Shown here: piece after piece, positions 24,607 through 37,689 of the stretch
Position numbering within the stretch: the stretch's first letter is position 1
Layout of the letters: the number at the start of each line of letters is the position of its first letter
NCBI GenBank assembly: GCA_051362555.1
Contig: CM120643.1
Location: 14,296,644-14,360,643 of the forward strand
Length of the DNA stretch: 64,000 nucleotides
DNA from: Lingula anatina
Lineage: Eukaryota > Animalia > Brachiopoda
Direction: 5' to 3'
Notes under the pieces: model-generated
The model's input: the letters and a program-made list of their open reading frames with translations, nothing else
Database searches by the model: none
Told to the model about the DNA's origin: nothing
Translations under genes and position numbers: made by a program

Positions 24607-27600
24607 GAATAATAAACTTTTTTTAAAGCATTTGTACGTTTATTACTGTCAAAATGAATTATTCACAGCATTAAGCTTTTTACAAAAATAATGAAAATAT
24701 AGCATTTTTTTCCTCCAAATTAAAGCAAATCAAAAAGGCAGTATATATTTATCTGTATATGAAACAAGTCGAAGATTTTTATGCATTTTGAACATTGTTA
24801 CTAAAATACAGAATCCTTTGATTTACGAAAAAAAAGTTCAGGATTGTAACATTTGAAAGACTTTGGCAAACACTGATAATGAACAAAATGGATTTTTGAC
24901 AAATATTACTTTGTCTTCATCGAATTAAATCAAAAACATTTCCGTCCAAATTCAGAGGTTGTAACAATTTTAAAAATGCATATAATCTGCTGTAAGCGCC
25001 ATTCGTGCACTAATGCACACGCGCATGTAAGCACACCTTGTCCTATGTCGTCTTGTTGAATTTTGCACACGAAATCGAACAGACGCCAAAATTTCTTCAT
25101 GTTTGTAAGATTCCAGGATGTTTTGCCAATAGATATTTTTGTTTTTGTTTTTGTTTTCTTTGCAATAAATCAGAAAATAAATATCATACAGTGCGTAATT
25201 GTGGATGAAAATGTACATTTCCAAACATGGGAATCAGGAGCGACATAAGAACATGGGAAGCTTATATTTACAAGATAATCCAAGTCTTTTCCAAGTTCAG
25301 AATAATAATTATGCAAACAAAACTGAAAAGGTTACACAAAAATCAGTATACTACATGTGACTTTTCACATTCACTTAAAATAAACTCTGGTTCTCGGTTT
25401 TCAGTGATGACACTAAGCACAAATAACACAGCATGGGAATGCAGGACTGATATCTAACCTAGCCTGTCTTTCTCAATCACCTCTTGCTCCCGAAAATAAA
25501 TTAAGATGTATGACAATACAAAACAATTTCAATTAGAACGCTCCTATTCACGTTTTAGGCATGTTTTTCACTTGAAAAATTCAAACCAAATGAAGTATTT
25601 TAAAAGGTTTATATACACTTTGGTAGATTATCAAACTTAGCGTTTAGAGGAACAAAATAACATTTTAAGATGTTAATTCTGCAAAGTTCTTTAATAAATA
25701 ACTGACCAAACTGTAAGAATGGACTTAAGTATAACAAATAAAATATTAAATCCTATAATTAATTTTCAAAATTCTATAGATTTTGTTTAAGAATTAAATT
25801 ATTAATTGGTCACTATCTTTTTGATCAAAATTGACAAAAGTTGACGATCTAAAAATCAATTGAATCCTTTCAGATTACTCATTACCTCCCGAAAATTGGG
25901 CATTGGAACAGCTCAAGTGATTTTGAAAATATGGAGTGCAAAAAGCTATGATTAATGTCAGTCCTGCAGAAACATTTTAATAGACAAACGGTATGTAAAT
26001 GAAGACCATTGTCCGTTTTTTGTTTTTCGACACTTCTGTTTTGTAATAGAAGTCCTAAACGGCATATAAACGATCCCAACCCTGGAAAATTTTTGTAGCC
26101 AACTATGGGAACAGCTTTTTTTATCATAAACGGAACAAAGGTTTCAATTCTACTACTGTAATATTAAATTTATTTTTATTTCGGATAGCAATTTTTACCC
26201 CAAATTTTAGCTTTTAACTTTGTTTCAGCAAACGAACAATTGATCCCCGACCAGCACTGAAAACACTGAGAACCAGAGGAAGTTAATTCACAGCCACAGT
26301 GCCACATTCGTAATTGTTAAAGATCATTACAGTACATGTGGACAATTCTGCAGTAACGTGGGCACATTTTGCCAGTTAATGTTGGGATTTCTAAGGCGTT
26401 TTTTATACGTTTTATTATGAGTGTCTTTAGTTGATTTACATCTATTCCTCTTTTTTCGACTGAAGAAACGATAAATGCAATTAAACGTTTCCTACATACA
26501 TTTAACGTAATGCGGTTGCAGTGCCTTTCCTTCCCAGAAGTCAACATCATTTAAAATGAATAAGTAATTTTCAAGTTTACAGCGAGGTGTCAAGTTGCAG
26601 ATTTGCCCACACATATTTTCAGTGACAAATAGAAAACATTTCTCTTCTTGGAAATTAATATATGATAATTTTAAAACAATCATTTTATCATTCTATACAG
26701 ACATTATTTCTGTTAAATGGGAACTTCAAATCTAACGCTTCAGGTTTCTTAACACTATGATCATATAGAGCACTGTACTACGACATAGTAACATACACGT
26801 ATGATTACCAGCAAACCAGCATCATGCAGGGCGGATACTTAGTATGGATTTAATTTTTATGAGAAGTTTCAAAAATTAAAAAAAAAAAAAACGAATTTTA
26901 TTCGTTTTTTAAAGTGATGTTTAATTTGATATGTTTTGAAGCAGAATTTTACGACCAAAAGCAAACATAAAATTCCGTACTAAATGTCGCCCCTGCAAAT
27001 TGAAATTAACGAGCAGACAAACGTCGGCAATCTTGGCACGGGTGTGTGGCTGTATGTGTTGAACACGAAACGTGTCTTGGAGTAGGACGCTACTGGTATC
27101 TTCGTAAACGCTACTAAGAGTCACTAAAATGAAAGGAATTAATTCATATTCATGAAACAATGTCTTAAAATCTGATAAAGCTGTACATGTTCATTACAGC
27201 AATTCGTGTCAGTATCCTTAGCGTTATAATTAACAAATTACAGTAAAGCTTCAAAATTATTTAAATTATATATATTGAACCCTCATGGAAAGCTAATGGT
27301 GTCAGAAACAAAAGGATGCCCAAAAGATTTAAGAAAAGGATCCTTCACGTCAGTTAGATGTCCCCATGGTCATTATGCCTAGGGTGCGCCATTTCGGGAA
27401 AATATCGTCACTGCAAAACCTATAAGAAATGCTATGTACAACACATTTTCTATATCTGTAGGGAACTTACGCGATTCTAGTACTGCTGCCGGTTTCGGTG
27501 GCATCATTTTGGCCTACATGTGGCAGTAGCAGTAAAATGGCATGAAACATCCTTCTTCTCCATCTTCTACTGACCTACTGACCATGGTCCTATCTGAGCA

Positions 27601-29075
27601 CCTCTCACCAACACGCTCACCTGATTCACATAATGATAAAGAGGTCACCTACTTTCCGCGCGGACGCTTCGGTTTGAATTATAGTGTTTTATGAGAAGGC
27701 ACCATAAGTATACACACAATTTCTAAAATGGAAAGACTTTGGTACTGTACCTATCTATTGTGTATGATGTAGCTAAGTCAAATTAATATAAACTTTGACT
27801 TTAATAATAATAAAAATGCTAGCAGCTAGCCGTGTTCTAAGAAAATTAGTGTTTCAAATACATTGAGAATTTTGAACAGTTACGTCAATCTAATATTGTC
27901 TTTCTTACCAAATATTCAAAAATTGAAATAATGTATAATTCTGGTCTGGTGGTTTGAATAAACAACATACTACCCAACATTTGCATGAATATGAGTACAA
28001 GTAGGATATCAAAAATACTGCACTATCACCAGTCAAAGCATAAGGTTTCTAAATAATACGTGTTTTAATATTTTTTAAGATAAATAACTTGAGCATCAAA
28101 AATATACAAACACGCGAAAAAAAGCAGTTTTCTACTAGTTTAATCCACCGGTCTAAAAATAACGCCGAGTTGCCAGAAAGAAAAATAATTGTCCATCAAC
28201 AAAATGTCATTTGCAACCGATAGGTGGCAGCACGATCAACAGTGCAATCCTATGTCATGGCAAATGCTCGATTTCTCTTTCACTAACTCACTTTATTTTT
28301 TAACTATTCTGTAAGCTTTGGTCTGGCAGGATCAAGGTTGCCAAACCTAACTAGGAAAAGAAGAAATAAAAGAAAAAAAGAAAAGAAAAACGACACAGAG
28401 CTAGAAATCATATCGTGAAACACTTAGAACTTAAAATGAACTGACTGAAACTAACCTTATGAAATCAGTACTGGGGATGTACGGTACACAGAAAACATTT
28501 CTAATACAGAAAAAGTAAAAATGAAAATAATGAAAAATTAAAGAAATACTTTTATGCTACCTTTTTCGGGCAATATGTTTGACTTAGGTAACCTTTTTTA
28601 TTTACATGTAAGGTGGGCACATTAAATGCTGAGAAAAACATGTCCTGAACTGGATTTGAAGCACATTTTGAGAAAGGAAAATGGGATGTACGCGGCGGGG
28701 TAGACTAACCCGGATGCACCCGAGATTTACGGAGTTGGATTCTTTATAAAGCTTTTTTTATAAAACCTATTAAAATAGGCTAGGGTATTTGTTGGTCGTT
28801 TGTGGAGATGGGCCTGTGGTTCTGTAAAACTGCCAGATATTCTTAGTAGCAGATCGTATATTAAATACCGTACATTACATGTATATTAAGACGAATTAGA
28901 TTGCTAGATTCCCCAACGAGAAATAGTTTTCAGACAAAAACACATTTGCCTTCTTAATTTTGAGTTTGGCTCTGAATAACAGAATTTGAAGTTAATGATA
29001 TATCACCTATAGCGGAAATGTTCTTAATTACCAAAGTTTTATCTCGGCCCATGAGCAGAGATGTCATAAGAATAA

Positions 29076-29327
29076 GGGACCATTCCCAGGCCATATCGTA
29101 CTAACTGTGGATCGATCTATCTCCAAGGGGATTCTTGCTAAATTGCAGTCATCTTAAGCGGCTTAGATGTCTGTCACACCTACTAAGCTGCTAGGATGTA
29201 ATTAATCATCGTTTAGCAGCTTTAGTAGGCGTGCCAGACATGTAAGCCGCTTAAGCTTAAAGCAATTTAGCGAGAAACCCCTTGGAGATGGATTGATACT
29301 GTTAGATCTATCTAGGGATGGGAACCC
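29076..29327. mobile_element. Palindromic MITE (related copies about 34377-34590, 53675-53908, partial 61545-61675)
   Basis: Long imperfect internal inverted repeats, e.g. atctccaaggggattcttgctaaattgc / gcaatttagcgagaaaccccttggagat, with GGG...CCC ends. Confidence 0.7.
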
Positions 29328-29888
29328 AGTCCAAACGTAAAATAGTCCCTGGTCTTGAGTCCCGTTTAGGCTGGGTGAACAGTACCCATACTATTAATGC
29401 ATGCGAGGCTAATGTGCTAAACCTTAGCGTGTTCCCTTGCTTTACCTCCTTTTGCGTAACGGAGGTTGGCGAAAAACAGGTTGTAGGTAGCAATTTCACA
29501 GAAAGCTTCTATTTCTAAAAAGTGACCTTTTTATCTCCTTAATTAACCCCATTTTGAGAGATGTTAAACATGTAAAACATACTTTACATTTTGATTCAAA
29601 GTGGATCTTTTCGGCCAGAAGACCGATTCTATCTATCCACCTCCCCTCTCTGAAACCCCCTTGCCTCCAGCACTGGGCCCGAAATAATGCGACAACTACT
29701 TTTTATGCAGGTCATGCGCAGGTCATGGTACATGGACTTGCCCAATTTTTTGGAATCATTTATGCATTAATCTGCCGCGCCTCACAGCGTTCGCAAATAA
29801 AAGTCGCGCTTTTTGGAACGAAGAATTAAATCGCTAGCTTGACTTACTGGATTCATCCGAATTTGAGGTTCTCCTTCGATTCTCTCAG

Positions 29889-32800
29889 ATGATGCTGCGC
29901 ACTTGCCTGTTTGTCGTCTTTTGTGTCGCTATGCTCATCGATAACGCAAGTAAGTTCGACTATAGTGAGGATCGATAGCATATTCTTTAAGATTTAGTAC
30001 AGAAACATCAAACGTGCGAGTGAAATTTGACGTTTGAACATTTTGATAGGATTCCACATCATTCCGTTCTTCTAGGAAAAAAAATTAAAGATAATTACTT
30101 TTTTCTTTACTTTGTCTTTTAAATTCGAACAAATTTTGGTATGTATAAAAATGTAATATTTTCCTTTTAAATAGGCAATACATGTGTACCAAAGCCAATC
30201 TTAGTTTAAAAGCTATTCCCATGAAAAAAATCTATTTTAATATGAAGTCCAGGTTTATACGTGTACTACCTACCAAAAGTATCCTCTCCAAATGAATGTT
30301 AGGGTTTGGAATTCAACGTGATGTCACAAACTGTGTTCTTTCAAAACCCATTTTCAAGATTAAATTGACTCCAAAATGAGAAGTAATCATAGTCATTACA
30401 ACTTTAATATTGTTGACGGCGCCAAAAATAGTAATAATAATAAATTAAATATAAAGTAAATTTGTTTTCTCGCCAAAGTTCTGGGATGATTAATTTAAGC
30501 AGGGTAACTATAAATGGGACAGTATGATTCTTTTTGCTATACAAACCACAGAAAATTCACCCACCTTTTTGTAGTGCTATATATTAATACTGACATTGTA
30601 ATTTGTAGGTTCTTACGCATAGGCCCATGGTGTACACATAATTTTGATATTGCGGACAATGCGCATCATTTAAATGAGTCAAAACTGTTTTTTACTTTCA
30701 ATAATAAGCATTTTAATACAATAATTTTGGTGGTAATGCATTGCATTTACTTTCAGGAAGCGTAGTAATTTTGGGTAACTGTATACAGGATCCCAATTAT
30801 TGTTCCCAGTGTTCTGGGGGCAACGCTGGTTACTGCTGCCAGGGATGCGCCACTCCATCAACAGCTTCGTTTGGAACCTTCTTCTTGTGCCAATGTCCTA
30901 CCGCTCCTCCTGTAGTGGTGAGTGTTTTAATCAACCCATAACTGAACGGGATTCGGCAAGTAAAGATTTTTTTGCCTTATCCGCTCAGATAATGGGCACT
31001 AAGCAGTTGTTTTGTGTTGTGTGATATTGCTGTTGCATCAAAAGTACGTCGGTGAGAATTTGCTAATTTGAGCTGATGATGTTTCAGCATCGTTTTGTGG
31101 GTTAAAAATTGTAATATTGCTTTCAAACAGATCGCCCTCACTTGTAAAGCTAACAACACTCTATTATAGGCCTATGCAATTACAACAATGTGTACAACAA
31201 ACTGGTGCCATGAAATTTCCTTGTAAGGCTTCTGATTTTGTCAGGAAAGAAGCGAACTAATCCCTTTGTTTCATATAGTATCTGTATAAACAGGGGGTTG
31301 TATCTCCTCATCGAAACGCTTTTAAGTCAAACACTGTCACCAGATCATAGTTCACGCCTACCCTCTACCAGGGCGACAGATAGATTTTTTACAGATATTC
31401 ACAGATATGTCTCTAGATAGATAGACGGTCATTTTGGTCTGTAGTCACCCTGTTGAAAAATCTTGACTACAGACCAAAATGACCGTCTATCTATCTAGAC
31501 ACATATCTGTGAATATCTGTAAAAATCTATCTATCGCCCTGGTAGAGGGTAGTTCTCGCCCTAGTCGTCAGTGATGCCAATTTTGATAATAAGATCTTAC
31601 TAATTTACAGAGTTACGTGGGAAACCACCCACTACCTCACGCCATTTTGCAAATCAGTAATATGGACGATTAACGCAAAATGTGCAGAAGCACGTGTGTG
31701 GTGCATACAGCAAGGAGAGGGATATTCGTGCTTTAATGTGTTTATTTTTATTGCACTGATATCAAGATAAAATTTCCACATAAAGGAAACAGAAAAAAGG
31801 TTTTTTTACCTAATATATGCCTTCATATCACGTATCAAACCGCCTTAAATCTTGCGCACATGGTGAGATGCGTGCTAAGCTACCAGCCTGGTGAGGTTAG
31901 TGCCCATTTGGTCGCACTCACTATTGGTGTGGTTCGCACTTCATACAGTCCGAAATGAAGTAGAAATCCACAAAATTAAAATGGTTGATTTTGAGTTATA
32001 AGGGGAATTGTTGAATGGGATTTCTCTCCAATATCTTTAGCATTTAGCCAACAAGTTTCTGTAAAACAAAATGCATTTCAAGAATTCATAATTCACTCAA
32101 CTCTTGAAAGACCAGTAGATCAGCTGGTGACTCACCGTATGCACCAAACTCAATATGGCTGGTCGTGAGATAAGTTCCAAAACAGGATGTGGAACAGGAT
32201 CTGTTGATTACATCTTTTATTTGATTTTAATTTGACCATGCGATTTCTCTGAATGTTTTTACATCCATAGACACTACGCAATTTAGATAAGCAATTTAAA
32301 TATTGCTGCAGTGTTCAAATTGTGGGAGACCGAAAATGGTCTATAACATGACACGGCTATTTGTTGAAGAACGTGTAACCATTTTCTAACTATTCCTGAC
32401 AGCAGACGACCTTGTTTTAATCTGATAAATGGCTAATAACAGTGACATTAAACGTTACGTTACAGGATTCACCTCTTTATTGGGAATGTTAACGCACATA
32501 AAACTCATCCATTAACTGGTCCTGAAAAGGGCAACTTACAAGAGGCATTGGAAAACATCCAAAGAATTTTAGGGATTTTCTGATAGTGCGCCACATTTTT
32601 GTTAACGTCATGCATCCTTTATCGATTGTGTTCATAAACTTATACATCTATGAGCGCATTCCGAATAGCGGACTAACAGACCCGTGGATCAAATATGGCG
32701 ACCCACTAAAAAGCTTGCCGCTTAATTCCCAATTAGATACTGAATAGATTCCACGCGGTAATTATGCAGCAAGCCTTCAAGTTGGCGACCATATTTAATC

Positions 32801-33196
32801 GGCGGATCTGTTCAGGGGCGGATCCAGAAATTTTTTCTGGCGGTCTTTCAAATTATCTTTGTTGATCCATCCCCCATTTTTGACCGTCTTATGACAGAAA
32901 ATTCAGATACCCGTCAATGTTAACTTGAAAACATGACCAGCTTCCGGAAGACCCAGAAGACGGCCTCAATCTGCCCCTGCTGTTAGTCTGCTAATCTGAA
33001 AGCGCTCTTTCTGACATTCTGTTAACAGGGTACCTGCCAGACTGAGAGCACCACTCCCCAGTGTGGCCAGTGTAACCCGCAGGCACGCAGCACTATCAAC
33101 GGCCACTACATGTGCTGCTGTACCCCCAACCAATGGATAAGTATCACGATGTTTGGAACCATAATTAACTGCCAGTGTAATTCCAATCCCAATTAG
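29889..33196 (+). CDS. Small secreted cysteine-rich protein, 129 aa, two tandem 8-Cys modules (family not recognised)
   Basis: Exons 29889-29949 (signal peptide MMLRTCLFVVFCVAMLIDNA, phase 1), 30757-30917 (RSVVILGNCIQDPNYCSQCSGGNAGYCCQGCATPSTASFGTFFLCQCPTAPPVV, phase 0) and 33029-33196 (GTCQTESTTPQCGQCNPQARSTINGHYMCCCTPNQWISITMFGTIINCQCNSNPN-stop). Canonical splice sites, 390 nt in frame, AATAAA near 33458. Confidence 0.85.
31361..31549. mobile_element. Foldback MITE with about 88-bp TIRs, TA flanks
   Basis: ta|ccctctaccagggcga...gtagtca, a 16-nt loop, then tgactac...tcgccctggtagaggg|ta. Confidence 0.85.
32652..33007. mobile_element. Palindromic MITE carrying a nested CAGGGGCGG MITE (32813-32979, TSD ctgtt)
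   Basis: Host termini gagcgcattccgaatagcggactaacaga / tctgtt[insert]agtctgctaatctgaaagcgctc. Related left ends occur at about 19301 and 45239. Confidence 0.75.
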
Positions 33197-36100
33197 ACGG
33201 AAATGACAGAGGCTTTTCTTACTTTTACTTCTGTAAGAATACCAGCATCAGAGGAAACTACTGTATGCAGTCAATGACATAATACCAAGTTTTTTTTATA
33301 TGATTCAATTCATTTCTGTACTGGAACATAGATTAACATGACCTTCAACAATATAATAATATAATAATAATGATACATAATATATATAATAATTTGATAC
33401 AGTATGTTAATGAGCAAGTATCTTTATATAATGAACAGATGTACTAGTTAAATTACTAATAAAATGTTCTGAATAAGTGGAAAGTACAACTTCTTGGAAT
33501 GTTTGCAGATGTATCATTAACACAGCATACATTGACAAATATATGTAACATAACACAGCGTAATTAAAATTTGCAAAGCAATTTCTTCACTTCTTTTCTT
33601 GAAAGATTTCAATATAATATTGGAAAGGGAGACAAAATGATCTTTGTTGGCAGCACTGTTAAACACTAATATCATTTACAATTTGGTGACCTTGAGATAA
33701 AATCTCAAGGTCAGTAGGTCTGTTTCATACATTGGGCATTGAAGTATAAAAATTAATGGCATTCATCTTCAGTCGGCCTTTGGGTACACGGGCGACAGAT
33801 TCTGTCACACCTTCAGTGGTCGTTTTGTCTCTGTTTGAAAAGTGTGATGAAGTTTTTTGGAGGTGACTGACTATGCCACACATGATATAATTGTTATACC
33901 GGTAGATGCATTTTGTGAATCACACTCCCGTGTTTTTAATTTCCGGATTAATAAACTACATTAGAGCGATCAAAGCATGTACAAATGAAATGTCACTAAC
34001 CCCATCACGTTTTCGAGAACACGAGATTGTCGGAAGGTATTCCAGTTGGGGGGGGGGGGGGGGGGGGTAAAAGTGCCACAGTTGACGGACTTTATCCTGG
34101 AACAGGGGCGGATCCAGAGATATTTTCTGACAGTCTTCCAAGTTTTCTTTGTTGATCCATCCTCCAATTCTTCCGACAGATATAAAGCCGGTGTAACGTG
34201 ACAGAGTCCCCCATGACAGAGAGTCCGCTTCCCATTCATTTATACAGGAAAACCTCGCCCTAAATTTTGACCCACTTAGGTCAGACTAACCCTAACCATT
34301 TTAACTAAATAAAGGGCGGACTTTCTGTTAAACAGACACAATTAATTCGAAAACAATTTTGATAAGAAGACACTTAGGCCGTATTCCCAGACATTAAGAT
34401 CGATCTATCCCCGTGGGGAGTCTCACTAGATTACTGTCAGATAATACGGCTTAAATGTCCGTCCCGCCTACTACAAGCTGTAAGGGGGTAATTAACTTTC
34501 GTGCCCGCTCGGCTGACAGCTATTTAGCGTGAACCCCCAGGGAGTTAGGTCGATCTAGTTTGGATCGATCTAATCTCTGGGAATGGGGTATTAGTTACAG
34601 AGTTACCGGTACGTGGGGAACCACCCACTACCTTACACCATTTTGCAAATCAGTAATATGGAACGTCTAGTGATTCAAGACACTCTAGTCTTGTAAATGA
34701 CAACGCATGTAACTGCGTGATCTATTTAAACGTGCATAATTGTGTTATTTTTAAAAATACTTTCAACATTAACGTTGGATCATACATGAGTTAAATATCA
34801 TAATGTACGATACTTAAAGGTACACTCTAAGGGTTTGAAAATCCCCAAAATGCTTATTTTTATCATCCTCAGCTTCCTATAAAACCTTACATACACCTTA
34901 AAATAATCTTACCCCTTTAATATTTTTTCTGGAGCGCACATTGTACCATTAGAACTAATATGAAAATGATCGCTGTTATAATGTCTGGTCAGTCATTTTA
35001 AGCTAAAATTAAACTTGAAAAATTTTATCGAAGGTCGAATCCAAATGCAGAGAGGGATAAATAATTGCTTACTTTCCCAGGAAAATCCATTTTGGCGGGT
35101 AAATCTCATGGAGTTCATCTTTAAAAAGAGGCATGCAATGAAAATGGGGAGAGCCCCGTAAGAGATTGAATGGAGTACAGAGAGAGAAATGGAGAGAAGG
35201 AAAGGGAAAAGCAGTAAATAAAGAGTATGAAAGAACAAAAAAGTTTTGTAATATTTACCTCGCGTAAAAACAATAGCGAAATTCAATACCATCGTCACAT
35301 ATCGACGGATGGAAGATACAAGTAGACCGCCTCGGGACACGCGTCACTGATGTTGACAGACTGCTACCCAAGTTGTTAAGCTTATCATACGGGCAGCTGA
35401 TTTGTCTGAGAGATTGAGATACTTGGCAAACAAACGCAGACAGCTTACACGTTCAATGCTCTAGAAATACACAAGCGCTGCATTCGACAAAAGCGCCCGA
35501 TTCGTTATGGAGCACTATACATTTATGAAGGCCCAAAATGCAAGATTGTTACATGCATGCATTAAGTCAAAGTTCACCATCTGGAGGGGAAAAAAATAAT
35601 AAAATAAAAATTAACGCAGACACTTTTCTTGCGATAAATAAATTTATCAAAGCACAGATAATACGTATTGCAACGGTATGTGTTAGATGAACACTTTTAT
35701 CACAAACTGGTGTGTTGTACTTCATTAGAACAGTTCACCGATGGTATAACAATGCTGATAAAAACTTCTTTCTAACTGTTAATTATAATAAGATTGTACT
35801 GCCATGATGAATAGCCGTTAAATTCACTTTTTAAGCTTGGCTCAAAGGTAAACATTTGTACTGTGTTTTACCAATCAAATCAAAGTCTTAGACACATGAA
35901 AATATATTTTTTTTACTTTAAAGTATTTATGTTCGTTAAAACTTACACCACGATTTTCTAGATATGTGCACCACCTACGTCAAAATTTTATCTCAGAAAA
36001 ATGAATATTCTTATTACAATGTACCCGTCTTGAAAACAGAAAAAGATACACGAAAAAATAAACAAAGCTATTTTATGACAAATCATGCATTAGATAAAAA

Positions 36101-37689
36101 GTATATAATATAGAATACAAGTAGTCTCCATTACCCTTACGAAAGCTTCAGGATAAAAGCCATTATATAAAAATATGAATGATTATGTATGACACAATTT
36201 ATGTAACACAGAGAGATGCAAAGCATACCTGCATTTACCAAAAAACAAAAGGAAAATTATTACAGCCTTTGAGGTAAAAAAAACTTATAATTCTAGGATT
36301 TTTACCTTGAATGTTACACCTGGAACAACTCAATTCTTGTTACATTAAAATCCAACAGTCTCAAAAACAATGATGAGATGGAGGAAAAAATACCCCCACA
36401 CATGACTGGGGGTAAACTTTGGACATGCCTTTGCTGTCTTATTCTTTTAATAGCCCTAAATATACAAGAAACCAACTTGTTTAAAAATTGGACTGACATT
36501 GGAATTTTTTTCAACAACTCAGACTTATCTTATACACCAAATGATAACACATAATGTAAATACTTTAAGTTAAAGAATATTAGTATTTACAAAAAAAAAA
36601 CAAAAAAAAAAAAACTACATTATGGCCACATCACAAGATTACGTGGCATACTGCTATAGAACAGAATGAGGTTTTGATATGCATGTCTCTTAGCTTATTA
36701 AGTACAACTTATTTTGTTTTGTGACCTTTATATGGTGCTTTGACATAAAGCAAAATGTCAACCTCAAGGCCATTCTAGAATATCTTACCACAACCAAAGG
36801 TACAGAAAGTACGTCATTCTTTAATCTCAAACCACAAACTCCCTTTCTGCCTTCCAGGTAAACTCTATTACAATTATTCAAAACCTTAATTCAACCACTT
36901 ATTACTTTTTACTAACCACTTCAAAGTTCTTGGTCGAATTCCATATATCAATTATTTTTCTTTTGCTCACTTGAGAGAAAAATTGATGGTGTCATACTGT
37001 GATTTCACAGAAAAGGAGTGAAAAATGCCACTTTCTAACTCGTGAATGAAAAACCTTAATATGTGCCTGCAACGGATAAGCTGCAAAAGCTCAATTTTCA
37101 CACAATGCTTTGTACGTTTCCTATCTAATATAAAAACACCTCCGTTTAAATAACTTGATAATTTACGTTTCAACTGATCTTGCAAAACATCAAGATTACA
37201 AAATAAACATGCTAACTGCATTACAAAGTGGGGTTTTCATCATATAAAAATATTTTAGAATCCATGGTGATAAAAATGATCATAATATCCTATTATTCAT
37301 TATAAAAATATGTTAAAATAAAATCTTTAACTTTTATTTTCAGATATAAAGCATGTCGAAGAAATAATTAGAACCATATACTGTAAAATATGGATGCTAT
37401 GCTACTTCTTTAAATGGCTGCATCCATATAACAGTGCTGGATTTCAGTTTCCCTTTTATTAGCTAAAAATGGATTCATAAAGATGTTTTTTTTTACTGCA
37501 AGAAAAATAATCTGGGACTCAATAATTATTTGTCTCATGGTTTCTAATGAAAATTCCGCAAGGTCTTTCCTTCCATTGATCTTTTTATTCAATATCTAAA
37601 TATCTCAATATTTTCACTGTAAAATGTAAATCTTATGCTCCTTTTTTTTCTTATAAGAATGTCTATTTCCCAGTCACTTCATACATCTG

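Noticed and set aside
20990-28260. Possible large decayed transposon or hidden gene in the 7-kb gene-free block
   Set aside because: Only weak end similarity (ccatataaggatagc vs gcaatcctatgtcatgg), with no recognisable protein motif or consistent exon chain. A translated search is needed.
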